From an uncultured delta proteobacterium (GTDB lineage: Bacteria; Myxococcota; Kuafuiibacteriia; Kuafuiibacteriales; Kuafuiibacteriaceae), in the NCBI GenBank assembly GCA_963803435.1, contig CAWDML010000007.1:320001-384000 (forward strand): DNA of 64,000 nucleotides, given 5' to 3'. The notes under the pieces were generated by a model. It was not told the DNA's origin. It ran no database searches and saw nothing but the letters and a program-made list of their open reading frames with translations. Below are positions 1 through 12,899 of the stretch, one piece after another. The position numbers were made by a program, and so were the translations under genes. Positions within the stretch are counted from its first letter, which is position 1. Every line of letters begins with the position of its first letter.

Positions 1-194
1 TCGAGACCTCCGTCAGCGACGGCGCGCACGACGATGTCGCGATCGGTGACGATACCGCAGATCTTTCCGTCATCCTGAACGATGACATCGCCGATGTCGT
101 TGGCCTTCATCTCGCGCGCCGCCTGAACGATGGAAGCGTCGCGCGGGAGCACGATGGGATTGGGGGTCATGACGTCGCGGACTGTGGTTGCCAT
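1..194 (-). CDS. CBS-domain protein (3' end outside window)
   Basis: Manual translation MATTVRDVMTPNPIVLPRDASIVQAAREMKANDIGDVIVQDDGKICGIVTDRDIVVR is a classic CBS pair start; absent from the ORF track. Confidence 0.9.
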   Translation of the reverse strand, partial: MATTVRDVMTPNPIVLPRDASIVQAAREMKANDIGDVIVQDDGKICGIVTDRDIVVRAVADGGL

Positions 195-206
195 GCCGCG
201 TTCGGC

Positions 207-222
207 TGCACCGTGTATGCCA
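207..222 (-). promoter_or_regulatory. sigma54 -24/-12 promoter for the CBS gene
   Basis: TGGCATACACGGTGCA = GG-N10-GC, ending 12 nt before the ATG at 194. Confidence 0.65.
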
Positions 223-224
223 CC

Positions 225-578
225 TCACATGCTGCCCAGGATCTCCACGAGCGCCTCGATCCGCGGCGGCTTCACCAGATACGCGTCGAATCCCGCCGCG
301 GCGCCCCGGGCGCGATCGGCGTCGGCGCCATAGCCGGAGAGCGCCACCAGGCGGAGATGGGGAAGCGCCGCACGCCGGAGCTCGCGCGCCACCTCGAAGC
401 CGTCCATCCCCGGAAGCCCGATGTCGACGAGGACGACGTCGGGCGCAAATACTTTCGCCAGCTCGACGCCGTTGGACCCGTCGAACGCGACGCATACCTC
501 GTGGCCCCACAGCTCGATGACCGTCGCGAGCGTCTCCGCAGCGTCGACGTTGTCCTCGACGATCAGTACCCGCGGCAT
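225..578 (-). CDS. Stand-alone response regulator receiver protein
   Basis: VLIVEDN...VVLVDIGLPGMDG...VALSGYG...YLVKP receiver motifs. Confidence 0.92.
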   Translation of the reverse strand: MPRVLIVEDNVDAAETLATVIELWGHEVCVAFDGSNGVELAKVFAPDVVLVDIGLPGMDGFEVARELRRAALPHLRLVALSGYGADADRARGAAAGFDAYLVKPPRIEALVEILGSM

Positions 579-609
579 GCCTCGCACCTCTTCTCCGAGG
601 TCGCGAGCC

Positions 610-684
610 TCAGCGCCATGAGCGGAACATGAACGCGAGCATCACCAGTAGGAGCGCAAGCTCCGCCCAGAGATACGTCACCAT
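610..684 (-). CDS. Putative 24-aa single-TM small protein
   Basis: MVTYLWAELALLLVMLAFMFRSWR*; hydrophobic core with basic C-terminus; directly downstream of a sigma54 motif. Confidence 0.5.
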   Translation of the reverse strand: MVTYLWAELALLLVMLAFMFRSWR

Positions 685-696
685 GGTCTCGACGGG

Positions 697-712
697 TGCA
701 CCTCATATGCCG
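697..712 (-). promoter_or_regulatory. sigma54 -24/-12 promoter
   Basis: CGGCATATGAGGTGCA = GG-N10-GC, ending 12 nt before the ATG at 684. Confidence 0.6.
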
Positions 713-713
713 C

Positions 714-2087
714 TCACACCGCCTGCGCATGTTGCATCCGCTCCAGCTTCCGATACAGCGTGCGCCGGTCGATCCCGAGGACGTTGGCCGCGCGCGTCTT
801 GTTGCCGCCGACAGCCTCCAGGACCCGCTGGATGTGGTTTCTCTCCAGATCCTCGAGGCTCGGCATCTGTCGTGGATCGCCAGGCTCCACCTCCGATTCG
901 CGCGCGTCCATGCGGGCCAGACGCTCCGGGAGATCCTCGACGGTGAGGCGTTCGAACATGGTGAGCGCCACCGCACGCTCGATGCAGTTCTCGAGCTCGC
1001 GAACATTGCCGGGCCAGTCGTAGTCGAGCAACCTCTGCGCGGCCACGCCCGTCATGCCACGCACGCCCTTTCCCGAGCGGAGGCGCGCGCGATCGATGAA
1101 GGCCTGCGCCAGCAAGAGCACGTCCTGTCCGCGCTCGCGCAGCGGTGGTACGTGCACCGCCATCACATTGATCCGGTAGAAGAGATCCTCCCGGAAGCGC
1201 GCCTCGGCGATCTCCCGCTCCAGGTCACGATTGGTGGCCGCGATGATCCGCGCGTCGACCTCCACCTCTTCCTCGGCCCCCACCGGTCGCACCTTCCGCT
1301 CCTGGAGCACCCGCAGCAGCTTGGACTGGAGCTCCAGCGGGAGCTCACCGATCTCGTCGAGCAGCAACGTCCCGCCTCGCGCCTCCGCGAACAGCCCGTT
1401 CCTCTGCTCGTGGGCGTCGGTGAAGGCGCCCCGAGCGTGTCCGAAGAGCTCGCTCTCCAAGAGCGGCGCCGGCACCGCGGCGCAGTTGAGGGCCACGAAC
1501 GGGCCCTCGCTCCGCGTGCTGCTCTCGTGGATCGCGCGCGCCACCAGCTCTTTGCCGGTACCGCTCTCGCCCGTGATCAACAGCGTACTATCGACGGGTC
1601 CCACCTGATCGATCAGCTCGTACACCGCGCGGATCGGCGCGCTCGTTCCGAGCAAGCCCGACCGGCCGCGCGCGTCCTCGATCCGCTCCGGGAGTTGCGT
1701 GACGATGTCGCGCAGCCGGGCGCGCTGGATGGCACGCTCGAGCGCCAGCGCCAGCTCGCGTAGCTCGAGCGGCTTGCGGACGAAGTCGCACGCGCGGACG
1801 CGGATCGAACCGATCACCAGTCCGAGCCGTCCCGCCCCCGCAGCTACCAGGACTGGCAGCTTGGGCCAGCGATCGATCACCGCGCGGCACAACGAGAGGC
1901 CGTCGCAGGCGCCCAGCTCGAGATCAATGATGACGGCGTCCGGCAAGCCTCGGTCGAAGGCCCGAAACGCAGCACCATCCTCGCTGACCCACCAGACGTC
2001 GAACCCAAACCGGCCCAGGCCACGGCGAATCGTGGATCGCATGGCCACGTCGTCACTCACGAACAGTACGTTTCGGCGTTTCATCAA
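714..2087 (-). CDS. sigma54-dependent response regulator (NtrC family) with atypical receiver
   Basis: Walker A GESGTGKE, ESELFGHARGAFTDA, Walker B LLLDEIGE, C-terminal Fis HTH; receiver keeps the phospho-Asp but lacks the conserved T/S. Confidence 0.95.
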   Translation of the reverse strand: MMKRRNVLFVSDDVAMRSTIRRGLGRFGFDVWWVSEDGAAFRAFDRGLPDAVIIDLELGACDGLSLCRAVIDRWPKLPVLVAAGAGRLGLVIGSIRVRACDFVRKPLELRELALALERAIQRARLRDIVTQLPERIEDARGRSGLLGTSAPIRAVYELIDQVGPVDSTLLITGESGTGKELVARAIHESSTRSEGPFVALNCAAVPAPLLESELFGHARGAFTDAHEQRNGLFAEARGGTLLLDEIGELPLELQSKLLRVLQERKVRPVGAEEEVEVDARIIAATNRDLEREIAEARFREDLFYRINVMAVHVPPLRERGQDVLLLAQAFIDRARLRSGKGVRGMTGVAAQRLLDYDWPGNVRELENCIERAVALTMFERLTVEDLPERLARMDARESEVEPGDPRQMPSLEDLERNHIQRVLEAVGGNKTRAANVLGIDRRTLYRKLERMQHAQAV

Positions 2088-2316
2088 TTCCTCCGGCGTC
2101 TGCGCTCGCGTGCACGACGCATGCCCCCCTCGCCGTCATTGCGTTGGTTGCGTGCGTGCCTGCTTGTGGCGGGGCGCGCGCGCGCGATCGATGCCAATCA
2201 CCTCGGGCGGACCGCCTTCGAGTACCAAGGGACAGGACCGCCACACTCGACCATTTCGCCATGCGCAAAAGTTCGCGACGGCTGGGAAACGGCGGCTCCG
2301 GACCCGTACGCCCGTG

Positions 2317-2332
2317 TGGCGCGCCGGTTGCT
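2317..2332 (+). promoter_or_regulatory. sigma54 -24/-12 promoter
   Basis: TGGCGCGCCGGTTGCT, close to the TGGCAC-N5-TTGC consensus, upstream of the activator at 2379. Confidence 0.7.
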
Positions 2333-2378
2333 TGGTGGTGCGTGCGAGTCGGACAGAACGCGTTAAAGGAAGGACGAA

Positions 2379-3737
<1,359 letters not shown>

Positions 3738-3752
<15 letters not shown>

Positions 3753-4127
3753 CACCGGGGCCGAATCGATGACGCGACGGAGCTTGTCCAGATCGACCGG
3801 CTTCGGGAGGTGCTCGTCGAAACCGGCCGCCAGCGCGCTCGCCCGATCCTCGGGCCGGGCATAGCCACTCACCGCCACCAGCATTGCCCGCCCGAGCCGC
3901 GGATCGCGCCGGAACCTCGAGGCGACGTCGAAGCCGTCCATGTCGCCATCGAGCTTGAGATCACAGAGCACGAGATCGGGATCGAACTCCTGCGCGAGGT
4001 CGATCGAGGTCGCACCGTCGTAGGCGACCGCGACGCGGCAGCCGTGCGTCTCGAGGAGCAGCTTCATCATCTCCGCGTTGTCGTGATCATCGTCGACGAC
4101 GAGGACGGTCCGCGTCCCCTCAGCCAC
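3738..4127 (-). CDS. Stand-alone response regulator receiver protein
   Basis: VLVVDDD...LVLCDLKL...VAVSGY...HLPKP; GTG start preceded by an AAGGAG RBS. Confidence 0.9.
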
Positions 4128-4256
4128 GTTGCTCTTCTCCTTCTCGGCGCCCCACAGCGACATCCCTTGTCTCTTGCCCCTGGAATCGAGGGCGCACAAG
4201 CGGATTCGTAGAAGATCGTAGAGGCAAATCTCCACACGACGATTGTGACGCGCTTG

Positions 4257-4272
4257 GGGCATGCTGAATGCA
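4257..4272 (+). promoter_or_regulatory. Putative sigma54 -24/-12 promoter
   Basis: GGGCATGCTGAATGCA = GG-N10-GC, ending 13 nt before the ATG at 4286. Confidence 0.5.
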
Positions 4273-4285
4273 GAAGCACCCAGCC

Positions 4286-4600
4286 ATGAAACGCGTACGT
4301 CGATGCACTTCCTTCTCGTCACTAACTGACGCTCTCGCCTCGATGGACGCCGAGGGCTACCGTGAGATCTTCCGGGCCGAACACGACGGGCTCTATGCGA
4401 GCCACGAGCAGCGGCTGTTCGAGCCCAGCGCGCTCGAGGTCGATCAGCGGGCAAGGGTCGAGTACGATAGCAATCCTGACGAGGAGGCGATCGTCTTCGC
4501 CCTCCGAGATCCGAAGAGCAACCTGAGAGGGACGTTCACGGTGACGTTCGGCCCAAACATCGACGCGCTCGACGCCGGGGTCGTCGAGCTATTGAAGTGA
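4286..4600 (+). CDS. Small conserved hypothetical protein (family often mislabelled 'phosphoribosylpyrophosphate synthetase')
   Basis: SLTDALASMDAEGY...EYDSNPDEEAIVFAL...GTF pattern typical of this small family. Confidence 0.65.
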   Translation: MKRVRRCTSFSSLTDALASMDAEGYREIFRAEHDGLYASHEQRLFEPSALEVDQRARVEYDSNPDEEAIVFALRDPKSNLRGTFTVTFGPNIDALDAGVVELLK

Positions 4601-5959
4601 GATGGGCTGGCCGACCGCGCGCTGCAGCTCTTCGAACGCCAGCTCGACGTCGAGACGCGCATTGATCGCCGTCAGCTTGGACTGCGTGAACTTGAGCTCA
4701 GCGTCGCGCAGCTCGAGTGAGCTCCCCTTCTCCTGGGTGAACAGGCCTCGCGCCAGACGCACCGCTTCGTCCGCGGAGGCGGCCGCCTCCCGCGCCAGAT
4801 CGTAGACCGCCAGCTGCAAGCCCAGGTTCTGGACCCTGCTGTCGACCTCCCGGGCGACCAGCCGCTCCAGGTTCTCGTGATCGGACTCGGCGCGCTTGAG
4901 CGAGATCTCGCCCTCCTGGATGTCCGCCTCCGTCTGGAAGCCGTCGAAGAAGTTCCAGACGAGGGTCGCGTCGAGGGTGATGAAGTAGTTCTTGTTGGGC
5001 GCAACGTCGAAGGCGTCGTTGAAGACGCGGGCGCCGGCGCCGTACCAGCCCTTCCGGTAGGAGGCGCCCACAGTGACGCGCGGCCAGAGATCGGCCTGTC
5101 GAATGCCGATGTTCTTCTTGAGGATCTCGAGCGTCGCACGGGAGCGGATGATCTCCGGACGAACCTTCATCGCCAGCTCGATCATCGCGTCGGCCGCGGG
5201 CAGCTTCACGAAGGGGACCGGGACGGTCGCAGTCGCGACGTTGTCGGGGATGATCAGCTTGATCGGCAGCTGGGCGTCCCGGCCGAGCGCCAGGTTGAGC
5301 GATCGTCGAGCTTCATCCGCCGCAAACTGACGCCGAGCGAACGCGACGCGGTCCTCGGCGAGGTTGCGGGAGGCCGTCGCCACATCGCTCTTCTTGCCGC
5401 GCTCCGATTCGAGCAGCAGTCGCGCGCGTTCGAGCTGCTCCTCCGAGACCCGGATCTGGAGCTGGAAGGCGTCGACGGTCTGGAGCGCGCGCTCGAGGCC
5501 GTAGAACTGGCGAACGACGTTCAGCCGCACGTCGTTCTTGACGGCGTCGAGCGAGGCGCGGCGCTGGGCCTCGATGTCGTCGGCGCGGGCGATGACGAGC
5601 CACCAGCGCCCTCCGTCGAAGACCAGCTGGCGCATCGTGACCGCCGGACGGAAGAAGCTCTCGTCGTAGGTGCCTTCGGGTTCGTAGCGGAGGATCTCGA
5701 GGCTTCGAACGTCGCGGGCCTCGTAGATGGCGTCGCGCCCCAAGTTGCCGCCCACGCCGAGCGAGAAGTTGATCGACGGCATGATCGCGCCGATCGCGCG
5801 AGCCCGCTCCACGTCGACCAGGACCACGTCCGACTCTGCCCGCACGATCTCGTTCGCGTACTGATGAGCGATCGCGATCGCCTGCTCGAGCGTCAAAACC
5901 TCCGCCCTCGGGTTCACCTGGCCGAGCACGAGCAGCAGGATCGGGACACCCGACACCAC
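4589..5959 (-). CDS. TolC-family outer membrane efflux protein
   Basis: Signal peptide, LTLEQAIAIA start, two OEP-like repeats, terminal ELQRAVG. Confidence 0.88.
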   Translation of the reverse strand: MVSGVPILLLVLGQVNPRAEVLTLEQAIAIAHQYANEIVRAESDVVLVDVERARAIGAIMPSINFSLGVGGNLGRDAIYEARDVRSLEILRYEPEGTYDESFFRPAVTMRQLVFDGGRWWLVIARADDIEAQRRASLDAVKNDVRLNVVRQFYGLERALQTVDAFQLQIRVSEEQLERARLLLESERGKKSDVATASRNLAEDRVAFARRQFAADEARRSLNLALGRDAQLPIKLIIPDNVATATVPVPFVKLPAADAMIELAMKVRPEIIRSRATLEILKKNIGIRQADLWPRVTVGASYRKGWYGAGARVFNDAFDVAPNKNYFITLDATLVWNFFDGFQTEADIQEGEISLKRAESDHENLERLVAREVDSRVQNLGLQLAVYDLAREAAASADEAVRLARGLFTQEKGSSLELRDAELKFTQSKLTAINARLDVELAFEELQRAVGQPISLQ

Positions 5960-6002
5960 GGGTAGCTTGCCATGAACCGGCGACCGCGGTGATCGTCTTT
6001 CC

Positions 6003-6740
6003 TTGATGCCGCCCCCCGGTCCCGCTCAGGTCGGGCTCGATGCCCTCTGGAGCCGCTATCGCAGCAAATGGCGCCGTTTGTTCTCGCGCCGGATGATCGC
6101 CGAGCTCGAGCTCCGGGCCAGCTTCGACGTCGATACGCTGTCCACCTGGCGCATCGCCAATCGGATCCCCAAAGGGACGATCCCCGACTGCCCCCGCTGT
6201 CCCGACATTTGCTGCGCCGGCCTGGAGAACGTGGTCTCGCTGCGGCTCACGGACGTCGCCCTCCTCCTCGACATCGATCGGACCGATCTGATGTCTCGAA
6301 AAAAACCAAACTTCCCGGCCTACATGCTCCGCGGGCGGCCGGCGCTGGCCGAGCTGGTGGCCTCGGACCTCTGGCGAGCGCTCCCGGTGCTCCGCCAGCT
6401 CGGCGAGGACCACGTCTGTTCCGCGCTCTCGCCCGAGCTCACCTGCACGCTCTATCCGAGCTGGCCTTCGTCCTGCGAGCGCTTCCCGTACACGCTCTCC
6501 GCGATCCGCAAGGAGGTGGTGTGGGGTCGTCGCTGCCCGGTCCAGCGCAGCGGGCCGGTGGAGCGAAGCCAGGAGCTCTTCCGCGCCGCCCTCGACGCCT
6601 ACAACCGCCGCATCATGGACGCGGTGCTGATCACGCATGCACGCGCCGAGCTCGACGCGCTCGGCCTGGGCGCCTGGCTCATCGAGCGCGACGAGGATCC
6701 GTTCGAGCCCAAGCCGATGGGCCTGCCGATCATCGAATGA
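6003..6740 (+). CDS. YkgJ/CxxCxxCC-family Fe-S or Zn cluster protein
   Basis: CPRCPDICC plus CSAL...CTLYPSWPSSCERFPY. Confidence 0.8.
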   Translation: MMPPPGPAQVGLDALWSRYRSKWRRLFSRRMIAELELRASFDVDTLSTWRIANRIPKGTIPDCPRCPDICCAGLENVVSLRLTDVALLLDIDRTDLMSRKKPNFPAYMLRGRPALAELVASDLWRALPVLRQLGEDHVCSALSPELTCTLYPSWPSSCERFPYTLSAIRKEVVWGRRCPVQRSGPVERSQELFRAALDAYNRRIMDAVLITHARAELDALGLGAWLIERDEDPFEPKPMGLPIIE

Positions 6741-6742
6741 CC

Positions 6743-7918
6743 TCAGAATGACGTGCTGAAGGAGAGCCCGGCGGTGCCGGGTGCGATCACCGGTGTGATC
6801 TCCTTGCCGATCCCGAGCGCGCCGAGATCCGGGCGATCCAGGAAGTACAACAAACCGCCGATGCCGGAGAGAAGGACACCTCCGACGAGCCCGGCCGTGG
6901 ACGCCGCGATGAAGTCGTTCCTTCGATCGCGCGCGTTGATGTACTCGTCGCGCTCGTCCAGGGTCAGGTTGACCATGTCGACGTCGCGCTTCCGCAGGAG
7001 GAGGCGGGCGCGGCCCTCGCTGCCGAGCGCGACCAGCACCACCACGCCGGTCACGACGAAGCTCGCCGCGCCCGACCCGAGAAGCCAGTATGAGATCGTG
7101 CGCTGGAGCGTACGGGACAGCGCGGCGTCCACAGTGGTGACGTCGCCCCGCGCGAGCGTGAGCTCCTGGCGGAATGGGTGGCGTCCGATGTCGCTCACCA
7201 CGATCGAGTGCTTGCCCGCCGGGAGCGCCACCGCCCCGAGAGGCGCGACGCCGACCAGACGGCCATCGATGCGGACGTCGGCGCCGTCGGGCGCGTCGAT
7301 GGTGACCGTCGCCGGCTTCGGCTCGAGCGTGATCTCGTGGGCCATCAGCTCGCCCTGGACGGCGACCACCTTCTTCTTGGTGGTGAAGTGCCCCGGCGCG
7401 GTGACGACGACTTCGTGCTCACCGGGCTCCACCTCTCGCGTGACCGGCTGCTCCTTCGGCTCGCCGCCGTCGACGGAGATCCGGGCGTCGACCGTCGGCG
7501 AGGTGATCATGAGACGTGTCGGCTGCTCCTCCTGCTTGACCACGACGGGCTGCTGCAGGTCGCGCTCGACGCGCGCAAGCGTGGCCTCGAGCGCAGCGAC
7601 GTGCTCGAGGGCGTCGTCGCGGCGGCCTCCCTTCTCCACCTCGCGGAGATACCGGCGGTACGCGTCGATCGCGAGCCGGAGGTGCTGAGGATCCGGCTTC
7701 ACGAAGTACTGGAGGCGATACGACTGCGCGATGGAGAACGTGATCGCAGGGTTCGGGACCAGGCGGTTCGCCTTCTCGAAGGCGTGTGCAGCGTCGAGGT
7801 AGTATCCGGCGGCGTACGCCTGCTGGCCGGCGTCGAAGTACTTGCGCGCCTCGGAGACGGCGTCCTCCTGGGTCGGGAGCGCCAGCTGCAGCGCCAGGAC
7901 CACGGCCGCCACCAGCAT
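6743..7918 (-). CDS. TPR + tandem PEGA-domain exported protein
   Basis: Signal peptide, EARKYFDAGQQAY TPR, two PEGA-like repeats, C-terminal hydrophobic segments; typical myxobacterial architecture. Confidence 0.85.
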   Translation of the reverse strand: MLVAAVVLALQLALPTQEDAVSEARKYFDAGQQAYAAGYYLDAAHAFEKANRLVPNPAITFSIAQSYRLQYFVKPDPQHLRLAIDAYRRYLREVEKGGRRDDALEHVAALEATLARVERDLQQPVVVKQEEQPTRLMITSPTVDARISVDGGEPKEQPVTREVEPGEHEVVVTAPGHFTTKKKVVAVQGELMAHEITLEPKPATVTIDAPDGADVRIDGRLVGVAPLGAVALPAGKHSIVVSDIGRHPFRQELTLARGDVTTVDAALSRTLQRTISYWLLGSGAASFVVTGVVVLVALGSEGRARLLLRKRDVDMVNLTLDERDEYINARDRRNDFIAASTAGLVGGVLLSGIGGLLYFLDRPDLGALGIGKEITPVIAPGTAGLSFSTSF

Positions 7919-7949
7919 GCTCTCCTGGTGACCGAGTCTCGGGCGGCAG

Positions 7950-9331
7950 TCAATCCCCGGAGCAGGCACCCGCGGGCGCCGTCAGCTCCAGGATCGTCAG
8001 TCCGAGCGGGCTGCCGAAGTCCTGGAGCGTCGCGGCGACCATCGCGTCCCGGCCCAGAGCAGCGATGTGAGAGGCCGCCTCGCTGGTGAACGCCTCGCCC
8101 TCGCAGTAGCCGATGTCCGGGAGATACTGGGCGAATCGATAGCCGAGAAAGTTGAACTCGACGCTGCCGCCCAGGAGGAGGCCGCGCCCCATGGGCGCCA
8201 GTGTCCGCACGAATCCCATCTTCAGCGGGATCGGCAGCGCGCGCCAATCTCCACCGGCGCTCCGGCGCGCGACGATCCCGTCGTCCATTCCAACGATCGT
8301 CCCGAGCTGGGGATGGTGGAGGATCGAAGATGGGCCCGCATCGGACGGGAGGAGCTCCTCGGTGACGATGCCGTGGTCGTAGATCACCACCGAGTTGCGA
8401 TGCTCGCCAGCGCCGATCGCGGCGGCGATGCCCGGCGCGATCCAGGCAGCGGCGGGCAGAAAGATCCCACTGTGCGGCCTCACGCTGGTGAGCATCTGCC
8501 AGCGCTCGCCGTCGAAGCGCGCGAACGTGATCGCGCGGGTGCTGCTGGAGGTCGCGAAGAGCTCGAGCGATGCCTCGGGATCGGTGGGGCCGACCAGAGC
8601 CAGGTAGCGCACCGGGCCGAACGCGGTCGTGGTGGTGACGGTCTCCAGGCCGTCGATCGAGCCGCGGGCGAGGGTGCCGCGATCCGAGAGCATCCACAGC
8701 TCGCCGTCCGCGGCGAGGTAGGCGCCTCGGTACTTGCGATCCTCGAGCGCGCCGACCCGCTCGAGCGCACCGCTTCGGTGGAGCCGGTAGACCCTGCCGT
8801 TTCGCGAGCCCGCCAGCGTGCTCTCGTCGTCGTACGGGAGCAGAAATGCGGTGTCGTCGTGTCCATCCTCGGGGACCGAGATGGTCACCGGATCGAGCGC
8901 CGCACGGCTGGCGCTGCAGACGTTGTCCAGAGGCAGGTCGAGGCGGCGCAGCGCGGCGGCCACCCCATCGCTCATCTCGACGGCGCTCCACGCACCGACG
9001 TCCGCCTGCGCGGAGTCGATCCGCCGCGGCAGAGGCAGGCGTAGATCGTCCCTCGGCGTATCGAGGAGCGGCTGCCGTCCGGGCGAGAGGCCGAGGCGCT
9101 CGATCGGGCAGCCGTAGCCGAGCGCGACGAGCTCGGGATCGCCGCGCCAGGAGAGGGCGGGATAACCACCGCCTGCGGCGAGATCGAACGCCGTCACCCA
9201 CTGCACGGCGTCGCCGTCGAGCGCGACCATGACCATGCCGGCGCTGTCGGCGTCGCTCGGAGGCGGCGCGAGCACGCGCTGATCGTGACAGCCCCCGGCC
9301 ACCAGCAGGAGGGCCGCGCAGGCCGGCCGAA

Positions 9332-9335
<4 letters not shown>
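7950..9335 (-). CDS. Hypothetical lipoprotein, probable beta-propeller; paralog of 58362-59693
   Basis: Lipobox-like AGGC, beta-rich repeats, QYLPDIGYC motif shared with the paralog. Confidence 0.7.
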
Positions 9336-10931
<1,596 letters not shown>

Positions 10932-11094
10932 CGCTCCTGGTCGCGCCCACGCGGGAAAAACAGCGGGATCTTAACCCCTTCTGGGCCCGCCCAGAGAAAC
11001 GCGGTGAGCGCGGTCAAGGATTCCTACCATGGGACGGGCGTGAGGGGCGATCCCGCAGGCCGATCGGGTGGGCGCCTGTGGTATTGCGGGCATC

Positions 11095-11670
11095 ATGGCG
11101 CTCGATCGGGACCAGGCCTGGCGGCTCCTCACCACGTGGACGGCGACGGAGTCGCTCCGGAAGCACGCACGCGCGGTGGAGCTGGTGATGCGCGCCGCCG
11201 CGCTCGAGTACGGTGGGGCGGACGCCGACGTGGAGACCTGGGGGATCGCGGGCATGCTCCACGACGCCGACTACGAGCAATGGCCCGAGTCGCACCCGAA
11301 GAAGACGGTGGCCTGGCTGACCGAGCAGGGCGAGCACGCGATCGCCCACGCGATCAGCGCGCACTACACCCGGTGGGGCGTCGCCTACGAGACCCCGCTC
11401 GATCGAGCGCTCCTGGCCTGCGACGAGCTGACCGGATTCATCGTGGCGTGCGCGCTGATCCGACCCGAGGGCGTGACCACGCTGACCGCCGCCAGCGTCA
11501 AGAAGAAGCTGAAGGACAAGCGCTTCGCGGCCTCGGTCGAGCGCGAGGAGGTCACGAAGGGCGCCGAGCTCCTCGGGGTCGAGCTCGAGCGACACATCGA
11601 CTTCGTGATCCGCGCTCTTCAACCGCACGCCGAAGAGCTCGGGATCCAGGGCCGCCTCACAGCTCCGTGA
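11095..11670 (+). CDS. HD/HDIG-domain metal-dependent phosphohydrolase
   Basis: SLRKHARAVE...GMLHDADYE...ACDELTGFI...KDKRFAASVER. Confidence 0.9.
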   Translation: MALDRDQAWRLLTTWTATESLRKHARAVELVMRAAALEYGGADADVETWGIAGMLHDADYEQWPESHPKKTVAWLTEQGEHAIAHAISAHYTRWGVAYETPLDRALLACDELTGFIVACALIRPEGVTTLTAASVKKKLKDKRFAASVEREEVTKGAELLGVELERHIDFVIRALQPHAEELGIQGRLTAP

Positions 11671-12880
11671 GCTTGCCGCCGGTGACGGTGTACTGCTTCG
11701 ACGGATCGACCTCGTCCGGGATCTGCGCGAGCACTCGATCCGGCTGCGGGCCGATGCGCGTCCCATTGGGGATGATGCGGCCCGGCGCGACGAAGATGTC
11801 GGCGCCCACGAACGCCTCGTGGCCGATGCACGGCCCCAGCACGGCCAGCCCGGTGTCGACCACGCCGTCCTCGGCCTTCACCTTCACGGTGCGCCCGGGC
11901 AGCACGTCGAGCGGCGTGGTTCGCGGCGTGGTGGCGGCCCTCCGGCCCACCAGGCACATCTGCATGCTCGCGCCCACGTTCGCCTCCTCCATCGTCACGG
12001 AGGAGTACACGAGCGTGTATTTGCTGACGTAGGTCCGCGCGCCGATCACGGAATAGGCGACGTTCGCGCGCTCCTCCACGTTGGCGCCCTCGCCGACGAT
12101 CGAGCAGCGGACCAGCGCCTGCGCGCCGATCTTCGCGTTGTCGCCGATGATCGATCCCTCGACGCACGCGGTCGGATGGATGTCGACGTTCTTCCCCACG
12201 AGATTGGCAGCGCCCAGGACGCGCCAGATCATCCGGCCCCGTCGGAAGAGGAGCGCACGCACCAGCATCCACGCCGTCCACAACGGCCGGCGGACCACCG
12301 TGTCGACCCAGCGGATCTGGATAGAGAGCCGGTTTGCCTGGAGCACGTGCAGCCAGTGACGAACGTGCAGCACCACGCTGGTGGTGAGCGGATGGCGCCA
12401 CGCCGAGATGCCGGTGATCTGCTCAGGCACCGGGAAGTCGATCACGCGCTCCTCGTAGACCACCTGCAGCGGCTCGCCGGCGGACGGATCGAACGCCTGG
12501 CCGGCCGCCACTCCCCAGAAATCGAAGAGCGCGTGGGACTCGGTCCGCTCGAAGTCCTGCAGAGCGGCGAACGCGCGGACGAAACCGGCGTCGATCGGGA
12601 GCGCGAGCCTCACGCTGGGGCGGCCCTTCTTCTTCCAGCGCGAGAGGAAACTCTTCAGCACGCGGCGCGTGAAGAGAACGTCGTCCTTGAAGACCAGCTT
12701 CGGCGCGGCGTCGAGCGGGATCTCGGCGGCGTCGGCGACGTCGATCCGCTCGATGCCGAAGCGGGTCAGGAGATCGGTCTGCCACCCGGCGAGGGATCGG
12801 AACCCGCCGATCGGGAGATCGCGCGCAAGATCACCGAACGGCGCGATCGGGCGAGAGGCCGCGACGACGTAGGCGCGCAC
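11657..12880 (-). CDS. Left-handed beta-helix (hexapeptide repeat) protein with degenerate nucleotidyltransferase-like N-terminus
   Basis: VGKNVDIHPTACVEGSIIGDNAKIGAQALVRCSIVGEGA hexapeptide repeats. Confidence 0.75.
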   Translation of the reverse strand: MRAYVVAASRPIAPFGDLARDLPIGGFRSLAGWQTDLLTRFGIERIDVADAAEIPLDAAPKLVFKDDVLFTRRVLKSFLSRWKKKGRPSVRLALPIDAGFVRAFAALQDFERTESHALFDFWGVAAGQAFDPSAGEPLQVVYEERVIDFPVPEQITGISAWRHPLTTSVVLHVRHWLHVLQANRLSIQIRWVDTVVRRPLWTAWMLVRALLFRRGRMIWRVLGAANLVGKNVDIHPTACVEGSIIGDNAKIGAQALVRCSIVGEGANVEERANVAYSVIGARTYVSKYTLVYSSVTMEEANVGASMQMCLVGRRAATTPRTTPLDVLPGRTVKVKAEDGVVDTGLAVLGPCIGHEAFVGADIFVAPGRIIPNGTRIGPQPDRVLAQIPDEVDPSKQYTVTGGKLTEL

Positions 12881-12899
12881 GGTCGCTCCGTACCACGCG

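Noticed and set aside
2182-2197. Minus-strand sigma54 promoter TTGGCATCGATCGCGC for the 714-2087 activator
   Set aside because: Spacing fits but the -12 element lacks the T and lies in a GC run; too weak to call
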